In this document: positions 38,808-47,933 of the stretch, in pieces | Numbering within the stretch: the stretch's first letter is position 1 | How the letters are laid out: the number at the start of each line of letters is the position of its first letter | Notes under the pieces: generated by a model | Databases searched by the model: none | The model's input: the letters and a program-made list of their open reading frames with translations, nothing else | What the model was told of the DNA's origin: nothing | Position numbers and translations under genes: made by a program | Source of the DNA: an uncultured Gammaproteobacteria bacterium | GTDB taxonomy: Bacteria; Pseudomonadota; Gammaproteobacteria; CAYTUN01 | Reading direction: 5' to 3' | DNA: 54,872 nt | NCBI GenBank assembly: GCA_964441315.1 | Contig: CAYTUN010000003.1 | Coordinates: forward strand, 1 to 54,872

Positions 38808-39932
38808 ATGTCAAAAGTAGAACTAAAACAAGTGCAAAAAAAATACGGTCAAAAAAAAATAATTCATTCAGCCGATTTAGCTATCGAAACTGGTGAATTT
38901 ATTGTGATTGTCGGCCCCTCCGGTTGCGGAAAATCCACGTTATTACGCATGATTGCAGGATTGGAAGAAATTACCGCCGGTGAAATTGTGATTAATCACA
39001 AAGTGATTAATGACCTGCCGCCGAAAGAACGTGATATCGCCATGGTATTTCAAAATTATGCCTTATATCCGCATATGAGCGTTTATAAAAATATGGCATA
39101 TGGTTTAAAAATGCGCGGTATGAATAAAAAAGAAATTCATTTGCGCGTTCATGAAACTGCAAAAATTTTACATATTGAAGAATATTTAAATAGCAAGCCG
39201 CATGAATTATCCGGTGGCCAAAGACAGCGTGTTGCAATGGGACGCGCGATGGTGAGGCGGCCTGCGCTTTATTTATTTGATGAACCACTATCCAACCTCG
39301 ATGCAAAACTGCGCACTTATATGCGCCTGGAAATTAAACGGCTGCACCAACAATTAAAGATCACCAGCATTTATGTCACGCATGATCAAATGGAAGCAAT
39401 GACTTTAGCCGATCGCCTTGTCGTGATTAATCAAGGAAAAATTGAGCAAATTGGCACGCCGATTGATATTTACCGCGAACCTGCGAGTGTATTTGTTGCG
39501 GGATTTATTGGTTCTCCCGCGATGAATTTCCTCGAAGCCCTTGTAGCGGATAAAGGCAAAGCGCTTTTAATTGATGATCAAACCAAAATTCCTCTTTATT
39601 TTCCTGTGGAAGAAAAATATCACCATCAAAAAGTCGTCTTGGGCATCCGTCCGGAAAATATCGAAGAAGCGTTAAATCCAGCTGAAACGTTAATTAAATT
39701 AAAACTGGACGTGGTTGACGCATTAGGTCCTGATACCTTAATTCATGGATTTATTAATGGTCCCTTCGCTTTGACCGCGCGCTTGAGCGGAAAATGGCAG
39801 GCGAATAATAGAACAGAAATTCCCTTAAAATTTAAATCCGGCAGTCTGCATTTATTTGATGCCATCAATGGAAAACGTATCAGCGGTGATCAAGAAATCT
39901 CGCAACAGTTGGACCTTTTAAATGAAAATTAG
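38808..39932 (+). CDS. ugpC: G3P ABC transporter ATP-binding protein
   Basis: GPSGCGKST, LSGGQRQRVAMGRA, LFDEPLSNLDAKLR, YVTHDQ. Confidence 0.96.
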   Translation: MSKVELKQVQKKYGQKKIIHSADLAIETGEFIVIVGPSGCGKSTLLRMIAGLEEITAGEIVINHKVINDLPPKERDIAMVFQNYALYPHMSVYKNMAYGLKMRGMNKKEIHLRVHETAKILHIEEYLNSKPHELSGGQRQRVAMGRAMVRRPALYLFDEPLSNLDAKLRTYMRLEIKRLHQQLKITSIYVTHDQMEAMTLADRLVVINQGKIEQIGTPIDIYREPASVFVAGFIGSPAMNFLEALVADKGKALLIDDQTKIPLYFPVEEKYHHQKVVLGIRPENIEEALNPAETLIKLKLDVVDALGPDTLIHGFINGPFALTARLSGKWQANNRTEIPLKFKSGSLHLFDAINGKRISGDQEISQQLDLLNEN

Positions 39933-40045
39933 GACTCGTTAATATTAATTTAATTAATTTTTAAGCTAATGCTAACGCCATGAATTTTAAAACAGTTTTT
40001 GCTTGCTAAAAGCCAAAAACCGCTCTAATATTCCTGCTCATATTT

Positions 40046-40321
40046 TTAAGCAGCCAAATTCGTCCGGCAATAAAAACCCAATAAGCGGGTGAAATTATGA
40101 GGACGCAAATTTTTCGTTTGATGGTTGAGCAGGCGTAAAAGGTTTTTTCTGGCTATGCCGGTCTGTCCAGCGATCATCTTCAAGGAATAATTCGCGCGCA
40201 TTAATTCTACAAGGATTCTATGCGGCCACGAAAATGGCAAAGCGAATTCATCAGCAGCCTGGATAGGCAAAAAATTATGATAAGGATGGGAAGAAATGGA
40301 AAACGCGACTGTGTTTTTCAT
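40046..40321 (-). CDS. Small HTH-like DNA-binding protein (Cro/XRE-like)
   Basis: YSLKMIAGQTGIARKNLLRLL fits a helix-turn-helix pattern; GGATG upstream of ATG. Confidence 0.6.
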   Translation of the reverse strand: MKNTVAFSISSHPYHNFLPIQAADEFALPFSWPHRILVELMRANYSLKMIAGQTGIARKNLLRLLNHQTKNLRPHNFTRLLGFYCRTNLAA

Positions 40322-40638
40322 TGTTATTTTGCATCCTGCGGCAGCTTTTTTAGTACAAAGCTTTTTAGTAAGCGCAGGCCCTATTTATTATTGTTATTGA
40401 GCCTGCATCAAGTAACGACGCTATTAAGCCATTGGCAGAAAAATATCGCTATTCCCATTTTTGGGGGCAGATTAAGGTCACGAAATTTGCTCCTGAATTT
40501 TGGGAGGTAATTTTGCCGGTGGTTGGTTATGATGTTTTAAAAAAAATAATCATTCTACAACGGGCTGATATAAAAAATTAGAACAACTATTATTTCAGCC
40601 CGCTTTATATCCATTTTATAAGATGAATTCAAAATATC

Positions 40639-42120
40639 ATGCAAGAAAGTAATACTTCTCCGTTATCCGAATCCCAATTTACTACTTATACTAAAAGCAA
40701 ATTTACAATCCCAGTATTGCCTGCGTTAGATGCTTGTTTGGCTAAAGCAATAGAAGCTAAAAATAATAACAAAATAATTGATTGGTCAAAAGTCGTTATC
40801 ATTGGTCAACAACATTTTTTAGAAACAACAGCGACACTATTTCAAAAAATTATAGAATTAGGAGTTAAGCCCGAAAATATTCACTTGTCTGATAAGGTTT
40901 ATTCCAGTAACCGCAAAGTTCGTAAAGCCATAAAAATGATGAAAATTAATGTTTATGAAATGGAAAATTATACTGACGTTGGGGCATATGAAAGAAAATG
41001 TAGTTCACATATAGAGAAAATGTTTGAGGCCTGTGCTGAAAAATATAAAAACAATCCTCCGCTGGGTTATCTTTTAGCAGATGATGGTGGCTTTACGTTT
41101 CGCATGATTCCTCCTAATTTTATTAAAGAAGACACCCCTATTGCTGGTTTTGAGCAAACCAGCGGCGGACTCAATAACAAGACTGCTAGCAGTCATAGCA
41201 TAAACGTTGTAAATGTTGCCAAATCCTCTTTGAAAAAAGATGTGGAACCTCACCATATTGTAACTGCTATATGTAATCAGCTAGATAAATTTCTTCCAAA
41301 AAATAAAGCTGAAACCACTTTCGGTGTTATTGGGTATGGCGTAATTGGCAAAGCATTAGCCGAAAAATTATTGAAGGATGGCTATAAAGTTAAAGTATTT
41401 GATAGTCAAGCAGATGCAATGAAAGCTGCTAAAGCCAAGGCTGCAGAAGAAACCAGATTTAAATGTATGACTGATCTTGCAACATTAATAAACGAATCCA
41501 CTCATATTATTGGTTGCACCGGAACTGATGTTACAGCTGATCCTGCTATCAGTAATTTTATTGAAAACGTTAATCATGATAAACATTTTTTTAATATCGG
41601 CTCTGGTGACGTCGAATATGCCTCCTACATAAAAACTTCGCAAAAAGAAAGCAAAATCGGTCCTGGCTGTTTGCAGAATTTTTCAATAACTAATAGAGTT
41701 GGTAAAAAAATGTATTTTTATTATGGTGGTTTCCCTATCAATTTTAGCAACTCAGGAAAACAACCATGGAATGTGCCAGCTTATGGTATTGAAGCGACAC
41801 AATGTGCGCTTTTTGGTGCGCTTTTACAAGCAGGGGAAGATCTTAAAAAGCAAATTGAGCGCAATTCTAACTCTAATCATGACACTAATGAGCAACGTAG
41901 CCATATGCTAAATCCTCATTATCAATTATTTGTAGCCAATAAGTGGTTTGAAGCACACCCTGAATTCGAGGCACACTACCCAAAAGAATTGCTAGAAAAA
42001 TACAAGAATAACGATCTCAAATATATTATATCGAACTCCAGTGGCACACTCATTGAAAGCGATTTCTTTAGAGAAACGTATGGGGACGCAGCTGCTGTAT
42101 CTCCAAGTAATAAAAAATAA
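40639..42120 (+). CDS. Divergent S-adenosylhomocysteine-hydrolase-like NAD-binding enzyme
   Basis: Collinear SAHH-type motifs QHFLETT, YSS, DDGG, EQTSGG, VNVAKSSLK, GYGVIG, GCTG, NIGSGDVE, PINF. Confidence 0.75.
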   Translation: MQESNTSPLSESQFTTYTKSKFTIPVLPALDACLAKAIEAKNNNKIIDWSKVVIIGQQHFLETTATLFQKIIELGVKPENIHLSDKVYSSNRKVRKAIKMMKINVYEMENYTDVGAYERKCSSHIEKMFEACAEKYKNNPPLGYLLADDGGFTFRMIPPNFIKEDTPIAGFEQTSGGLNNKTASSHSINVVNVAKSSLKKDVEPHHIVTAICNQLDKFLPKNKAETTFGVIGYGVIGKALAEKLLKDGYKVKVFDSQADAMKAAKAKAAEETRFKCMTDLATLINESTHIIGCTGTDVTADPAISNFIENVNHDKHFFNIGSGDVEYASYIKTSQKESKIGPGCLQNFSITNRVGKKMYFYYGGFPINFSNSGKQPWNVPAYGIEATQCALFGALLQAGEDLKKQIERNSNSNHDTNEQRSHMLNPHYQLFVANKWFEAHPEFEAHYPKELLEKYKNNDLKYIISNSSGTLIESDFFRETYGDAAAVSPSNKK

Positions 42121-42211
42121 AAACTGGGAGCAAATTTTTGTTTCAGGTTGAGCATACAATTTACTTTATTTAGGTTAAATTTTTCGCATAAACTGATTTC
42201 AAGCAGAATAT

Positions 42212-43540
42212 TCACTTCCGCCCAATCTTCATACACCCCCGCCAAAAAGACGCCGTGCTACAAAACTCCCGCTCCGGATATTTTTTGCTATCCAGCAAAA
42301 AAGCCGCGTCTTCTTTGGCAATCAAACTGCTGGGCTGAATTTCGCCGTATTTATCTGCTTCAACATGATAATAATCAAATTTCGTATTATGAATAATTTG
42401 CCTACTAAGCTCGCATTGCTGATTAGCGTGATTACGCTGGATATAAGTATCCAAAAGCATTTTCAAATTTCTTAATTCAATCATCAGCGTAGAATTATTT
42501 TTATTATTCGGGCTGCCTTCGAGCAAGGTGGGATAATAAAGGGAATAATAAACTGGCAAATTCATCTCATCGCTGATGGTGCTGGGATGCATAATCGTAG
42601 GCAGATAATTTTTTAGTCCATATACTTCCACGGCTGCTTTTTTTATTCCTTCAATCGGCCCAGCCAAAACGTTATCAACTGCCGGTCTGAACCCTGGCAA
42701 ACGCCCATCTGCAATTGACATGACATGCTTGACCTGATCAGCCAGCCAGGGTGTGGGTTTTAAATTACGCGCCGCAATCGTTTCCATAAAATATTCCCAG
42801 CGTAAACTCGATTCAATACGGTCGAGTGCAAAATGCGCCTGCTGCCAGGAAATTTTAAATAAATAATTATAAAAATCGTTCCAGCTTTTATGTTTGTTTT
42901 TAAGATTAAACCAGCTATCTGAAAAAAATAACACCTCATTATGCCAGGGCTGCGTAAATTTAGGATGCTTTGCCATCGCTGCAAAAAGCTGCCAATGCTC
43001 GGAAATGTGGGCCCAATTCATACTAAAAGGCAGATTGTATTCCACCGATAATCGTTTCACGCCGGCATTTTCATTAATTTTGGGCAAAAGAAAAATTGAA
43101 CGCGCACCAGCGCTTACACTCCAACGCCGGTAAACCGGAATGTTAAATAAAGTATCGATCGTTTCAAACAATCCCAATAAGCCCCCGGGATAAAATAAAT
43201 TCATTGGCACAATGCGTAAATGACTGGCAGAAAAAACCTCAACGGTATTTCGTAAATTTAAAAAACAGGGTATGTGGCTGTAAGAAAGCTTATTGGCAAT
43301 TTTACTAGGGAAATTAGATTGGTCGGTCGTGCTTAAAGCGCCCTGCTGAACAGGGTTAGGTAAATGCGTTTTACCTTGATCAACAATCAAATCACCAAAC
43401 AAATATTTTACTTTGAAGAGAGAGTGGCGTTTGTCAGGACCAATTTGATCAATGATTGCCGCTAATTCCGGATTGACCGCGGCTACGTCGGCCCGTACGT
43501 CTTTCCATTCCAACTCAACCAATTCTCGCATTGGTATCAT
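42212..43540 (-). CDS. Hypothetical protein of about 440-456 aa, Trp/Phe-rich, soluble
   Basis: Long ORF with motif-like blocks (KYLFGDLIVDQG, PGGLLGLFE, SAGARSIFLLPKI, FWRGC); start at ATG 43540 or 43531 uncertain. Confidence 0.8.
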   Translation of the reverse strand: MIPMRELVELEWKDVRADVAAVNPELAAIIDQIGPDKRHSLFKVKYLFGDLIVDQGKTHLPNPVQQGALSTTDQSNFPSKIANKLSYSHIPCFLNLRNTVEVFSASHLRIVPMNLFYPGGLLGLFETIDTLFNIPVYRRWSVSAGARSIFLLPKINENAGVKRLSVEYNLPFSMNWAHISEHWQLFAAMAKHPKFTQPWHNEVLFFSDSWFNLKNKHKSWNDFYNYLFKISWQQAHFALDRIESSLRWEYFMETIAARNLKPTPWLADQVKHVMSIADGRLPGFRPAVDNVLAGPIEGIKKAAVEVYGLKNYLPTIMHPSTISDEMNLPVYYSLYYPTLLEGSPNNKNNSTLMIELRNLKMLLDTYIQRNHANQQCELSRQIIHNTKFDYYHVEADKYGEIQPSSLIAKEDAAFLLDSKKYPEREFCSTASFWRGCMKIGRK

Positions 43541-43723
43541 TTTTCTAGTTTCCAATGAGCGATTAAAAAGGCTAATAAACACAAGTTGTTATTATTAAGG
43601 CTGCTATTAGCAAATGTTGCCTAATCATAAGCAATTAAAAATTATATTCCTACTGTGGATATGAAATTTGCCAGCAATAGCGAAAAAAGCTAAGCTTCGT
43701 CCACCCATTTTCAGGAAGAACCC

Positions 43724-45673
43724 ATGTCGCAACCAGCACTCGCCTCGCCCCCCAAAAATGAAATTACTTTCCGCGTCATTTTGCTTTCCATCATCCTGGC
43801 TGCACTTTTAGCGATTTCTAACGCTTATTTAGCCTTAAAAATCGGCATGCTGACGGCGGCCTCGATTCCTGCTGCGATTATTTCCATGAGCATTTTACGT
43901 TTTTTTAAAAATGCGACGATTCTGGAAAACAATTTAGTCCAGACTGCTGCTAGTGCCGGTGAAGCTGTTGCGGGCGGTATTGTATTTAGCATACCGGCTT
44001 TAATTATTTTGCAGTTTTGGCAGCATTTTTCTTTTTGGGAAAATTTCATTATTAGCGTGACGGGTGGCGTGCTCGGTGTGATTTTTTCTGTGCCATTTCG
44101 TCGTGCAATGATGCGAGATGCGCATTTAAAATTTCCCGAAGGACGTGCGATTGCTGCTTTATTAGAGGCAGGGCATAGTAAAGATCTGGGCTTAAAATCA
44201 TTATTACAAGGCAGTTTTTTTGGCGCCTTGATTGAATTATTGCAAACCGGATTTAAATTATTAGCTAGCCAGGTTTCGATGTGGTTTTCTACGGCAAAAA
44301 CCGTCATCGGTTTTAATTTCGGTTTTTCGGCGACAATGATCGGGGCGGGTTATTTGATTGGCATGGAAACCAGTTTTAGCATTTTATTAGGCGCTATTAT
44401 CGGTTGGGTGATTGGCATTCCGGTTTTAACTGCTGTTTTACATTTACCGATTACAGACGCTGCAAAAACCGCAAGCCAGGCTTATGGCGATCATATTCGT
44501 TATGTCGGTATCGGCGCGATGTTAGTGGCCGGCATTTATACTTTATTAACTTTACTCAAACCCATTTTTAAAAGTTTGTTTCATGGATTTGCAAAATTAA
44601 GCGACGCAATTCAGCAAAATCAAAATCAAATTCTGCCGCACACTGAAAAAGATTTAAGCAATAAAATACTGGCGTTTTTTTGCTTGATTATTGCAGTTAT
44701 TTTAGTCGGCTATTTATATACGATTACGCCTTATCAGGATTTTAAATTAGAAGGATTTCATCGTTATTTCTTTATTTTATTAGCCGTCGTTTATATTTTT
44801 ATTGCCGGCTTTGTTTTTTCGAATATTGCCGCTTATTTTTCTGGCCTTGTCGGTAATTCCGCCAGCCCAGGATCTGCGATTTTAATCGGTTGTATTTTAT
44901 TGACTGCTTTTATTATGCATCTTTTAACATCGTCATTTCATATCGAAAATTTATTGATGGCAGAAGGATTTACCATCATTATCGCGACAATTTCATTTGG
45001 TGCTGCAGCATTATCGAATGATACCGTTCAAGATTTAAAAGTCGGCCATTTAATCGGCGCTACTCCCTGGAAACAGGAAATCATGCTGATTTTAGGCTCA
45101 GTGATTTCTGCGATGGTGATTCCTTCTATCATGCAGCTGTTATTCGATGTTTATGGCATCGGTAATATACTTCCACGCCCCGGCATGGATATTACGCAAG
45201 CATTACCTGCACCACCCGCAGCAGCTACCGCTGCTATCACGCAAGCCGTTTTCAGCGGCAATCTTCCCTGGAGCATGTTAAGCATTGGCGCGGTGTTGAT
45301 GTTGGCAATTGTGTTTTTAAACGTTTTACTGCGGAAAAAATATAAACGTGAATTGACTTTAATTGGTTTTGCAATTGGTATTTATTTGCCGCTGGCCATC
45401 AGCACCGCATTGTTTTTAGGCGGATTAATTGCGTGGCTGCTAAAAAGAAAAGCGGCGAATAATACCATTGCATTGCAAAAAGCCAGCTTAATCGCCTGTG
45501 GTCTGGTTGCAGGTTCGGCGTTGATGGATGTGTTATTAGCAGTGCCGTTTGCCATTTCACGCAATGCCAACGTTTTGCAAATCGTTATTCCGAACTGGCA
45601 AGCAGCGAGTGTGATTTTAAGTGTGTTGTCAGTTTTATTTTTAGTTTATCTTTTCCATAGAAACAAGAATTAA
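43724..45673 (+). CDS. OPT family oligopeptide transporter
   Basis: NAYLALKIG..ASIPAAIIS, ENNLVQTAASAGE, FPEG, QDLKVGHLIGATPWKQ, GIYLP. Confidence 0.95.
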   Translation: MSQPALASPPKNEITFRVILLSIILAALLAISNAYLALKIGMLTAASIPAAIISMSILRFFKNATILENNLVQTAASAGEAVAGGIVFSIPALIILQFWQHFSFWENFIISVTGGVLGVIFSVPFRRAMMRDAHLKFPEGRAIAALLEAGHSKDLGLKSLLQGSFFGALIELLQTGFKLLASQVSMWFSTAKTVIGFNFGFSATMIGAGYLIGMETSFSILLGAIIGWVIGIPVLTAVLHLPITDAAKTASQAYGDHIRYVGIGAMLVAGIYTLLTLLKPIFKSLFHGFAKLSDAIQQNQNQILPHTEKDLSNKILAFFCLIIAVILVGYLYTITPYQDFKLEGFHRYFFILLAVVYIFIAGFVFSNIAAYFSGLVGNSASPGSAILIGCILLTAFIMHLLTSSFHIENLLMAEGFTIIIATISFGAAALSNDTVQDLKVGHLIGATPWKQEIMLILGSVISAMVIPSIMQLLFDVYGIGNILPRPGMDITQALPAPPAAATAAITQAVFSGNLPWSMLSIGAVLMLAIVFLNVLLRKKYKRELTLIGFAIGIYLPLAISTALFLGGLIAWLLKRKAANNTIALQKASLIACGLVAGSALMDVLLAVPFAISRNANVLQIVIPNWQAASVILSVLSVLFLVYLFHRNKN

Positions 45674-45686
45674 GACATTAAAACAC

Positions 45687-45788
45687 GTAGTGGGGATTAG
45701 CGAAGCGTAATCCACCGGTTTTAAAATGCATCGTATATTGACGAACTCTGAAAAAAACGGTGGATTACGCTTCGCTAATCCCCCCTAC
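45687..45788. repeat. Family C GTAG-type REPIN
   Basis: GTAGTGGGGATTAGCGAAGCGTAATCCACC and inverted copy; lies between convergent genes. Confidence 0.92.
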
Positions 45789-46213
45789 GTTTTAATATGT
45801 TTTAGCGTTGCAATTTTTTCAATGATTATCTGCGTGATTGAATCATAATTTAAATATTTTTTATCCTTATAGCGCGCTTTAAACCAATTAAATAATTCCG
45901 CTGCATTAATTTTTTCTTGCGATGGGAAGTTTTTTAAATATTCCTGTTTCATTTCAAAGGTGCGAGGAAAAAGATGAAAATGCACCTGTCTGACTATTTC
46001 TGCAAAAACCAATGTATAAATTCTTTCGGGCTGAACAATTTCATCAATAAGCTGCTGAGAACGCGCTAAAATTTTCCCTAAATTAACCTGCTCCTCCGCA
46101 TTAAAATCCGCTATGGATTGCACCTCACGCCGAGGAAACACAACTAAATATCCCGGAATAAAACAATCGACTGCCAAACAAATTTCAAACTCCCGATCTT
46201 GATAGACGATCAT
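45785..46213 (-). CDS. HIT family protein
   Basis: PGYLVVFP and QVHFHLFPR (HIT-like, first His replaced). Confidence 0.8.
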   Translation of the reverse strand: MIVYQDREFEICLAVDCFIPGYLVVFPRREVQSIADFNAEEQVNLGKILARSQQLIDEIVQPERIYTLVFAEIVRQVHFHLFPRTFEMKQEYLKNFPSQEKINAAELFNWFKARYKDKKYLNYDSITQIIIEKIATLKHIKT

Positions 46214-46767
46214 AAATCGCCCGGCGATTTAAGCATATGATAGCGATAATATTTTAATTCACTGATCGAATCATAAATATCCGACAAGGCTAAATGCTGT
46301 GTGGTTTTTTTAAGACCCTGAGAAATTTTGGGGTACCACTTTTGCGCTAATATTTTTAAAGTGCTGACATCTAAATTCCGATAATGAAAATAATTTTCTA
46401 AATTCGGCATTAAGCGTGCGAGAAAACGCCGGTCTTGGCAAATACTATTGCCGCACATCGGTGATTTTTTAGCACCGACATATTGTTGCAAAAATTCCAG
46501 CGTTAAAATTTCGGCAGTATTGCAGGTGACGGTGCTATGTTTGACACGCTCAACTAAACCGGAATTATTATGTTGCCGCGTATTCCATTCATCCATTTGT
46601 TCCAAAATTTCATCCGGTTGATAAATTGCCAACACCGGCCCCTCAGCTAATACATTGAGTTCTTTATCAGTTACCAAGGTAGCTATTTCAATGATTACGT
46701 CATGTGCCGGATCAAGGCCGGTCATTTCCAAATCGATCCAAATCAAATTATCTTTATCTAAAGCCAT
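46210..46767 (-). CDS. orn: Oligoribonuclease
   Basis: [44 protein letters not shown] at 46767. Confidence 0.97.
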   Translation of the reverse strand: MALDKDNLIWIDLEMTGLDPAHDVIIEIATLVTDKELNVLAEGPVLAIYQPDEILEQMDEWNTRQHNNSGLVERVKHSTVTCNTAEILTLEFLQQYVGAKKSPMCGNSICQDRRFLARLMPNLENYFHYRNLDVSTLKILAQKWYPKISQGLKKTTQHLALSDIYDSISELKYYRYHMLKSPGDL

Positions 46768-46905
46768 GAGTGATGCCTTTTTTGCTCGCAAAAAAGAATT
46801 ACTTTAACGGTGTGATGGAGCAGCTGCAACCATTTACAGCGGTTCCCGCTGTAAAAGTTTTCGCTGAGTAAAGTAGGAGGAATGTTCTTTGATGTTTTTT
46901 CTAAC

Positions 46906-46935
46906 TATACCTAAAACCTATTCGTTTTGGGTATA
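46906..46935. repeat. Collapsed family D MITE remnant
   Basis: TATACCTAAAACCTATTCGTTTTGGGTATA matches the right terminus of 4995-5177. Confidence 0.75.
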
Positions 46936-47125
46936 TGTTTCCACAAGCTTACATTTCCAAGTAATCAAATAAACTCAACCTGCCTTACGCTTTTCCACAG
47001 GAAAAGCAGGAAAAGTATGATTGATCAGAAAAAAAATACCGCTATAATGACTCGCATCATTTTTACTTCAATTAAATCTATAATTATTTGCACCTTACGT
47101 TCAAATAATTTTTCCAGGAGGTTTT

Positions 47126-47704
47126 ATGCTCGCCCTTGTCATGATGGTTGTCGCTTATTTAGTGGGTTCGGTTTCCAGTGCCATCCTCGTTTCCAAATAT
47201 ATGGGCTTGACTGATCCGCGCACTGAGGGATCAAAAAATCCGGGCACAAGCAATGTACTCAGAATTTCTGGAAAAAAAGCCGCAATTTTTGTGCTGCTGG
47301 GTGATGTGTTAAAAGGTTTTATCGTCGTTTTATTAGCCCGCCTTATGGGCGTCAGTGGCATGGGCCTCGGATTAGTTGCATTGGCTGCTGTCGTGGGTCA
47401 TATCTTTCCACTCTACTACTCATTCAAAGGCGGCAAAGGTGTTGCAACTGCATTTGGTACGGTGTTGGTGTTATCGCCTTGGGTTGGCATCGTTGCATTT
47501 GTCGTTTGGGCGTTAGTGGCATTAATTAGCAAATATTCTTCTCTCGCTTCTTTGACTGCTGTCGTTCTGGCAACAATTCTACTTTTATTCGTCCATTTAA
47601 ATTATTTTCTGCCGGTTGCGGTAATGGCGATTTTGATTATCTGGTCGCATTGGGAAAACATTCAGCGTTTACAAAATGGGACGGAGAATAAGTTTCAGTT
47701 GTAA
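47126..47704 (+). CDS. plsY: Glycerol-3-phosphate 1-O-acyltransferase
   Basis: YLVGS, GSKNPGTSNVLR, GHIFP, FKGGKGVATA, HWENIQRL. Confidence 0.97.
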   Translation: MLALVMMVVAYLVGSVSSAILVSKYMGLTDPRTEGSKNPGTSNVLRISGKKAAIFVLLGDVLKGFIVVLLARLMGVSGMGLGLVALAAVVGHIFPLYYSFKGGKGVATAFGTVLVLSPWVGIVAFVVWALVALISKYSSLASLTAVVLATILLLFVHLNYFLPVAVMAILIIWSHWENIQRLQNGTENKFQL

Positions 47705-47721
47705 CCGCAAACTATATCAAG

Positions 47722-47914
47722 ATCACCCCTCATCCGGCCCGTTGGGCCACCTTCTCCCGCAAGGGGAGAAGGCTCTCCTCACTGTTCAATAGCTTTCCAT
47801 AATAAGGCTTATTTCATGGCATTAAAGTTTATTTAATCGGCAGATGTACAGGACAGGAAGTTGTCCTTCTCCCCTTGCGGGAGAAGGTGCCCGATAGGGC
47901 GGATGAGGGGTGAT
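47722..47914. repeat. Family A REPIN-like element, complete
   Basis: ATCACCCCTCATCCGG..GGGGAGAAGG arms with homologous spacer; lies between convergent plsY and tsaD. Confidence 0.92.
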
Positions 47915-47933
47915 CCGATAAACTTTTGCTTCA

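Noticed and set aside
40220..40510. 96-aa + strand ORF
   Set aside because: Overlaps the more plausible HTH-like gene on the opposite strand and has no recognisable features.
40639..42120. Calling this gene ahcY or a D-2-hydroxyacid dehydrogenase
   Set aside because: Motifs are SAHH-like but clearly diverged, so no gene symbol is justified.
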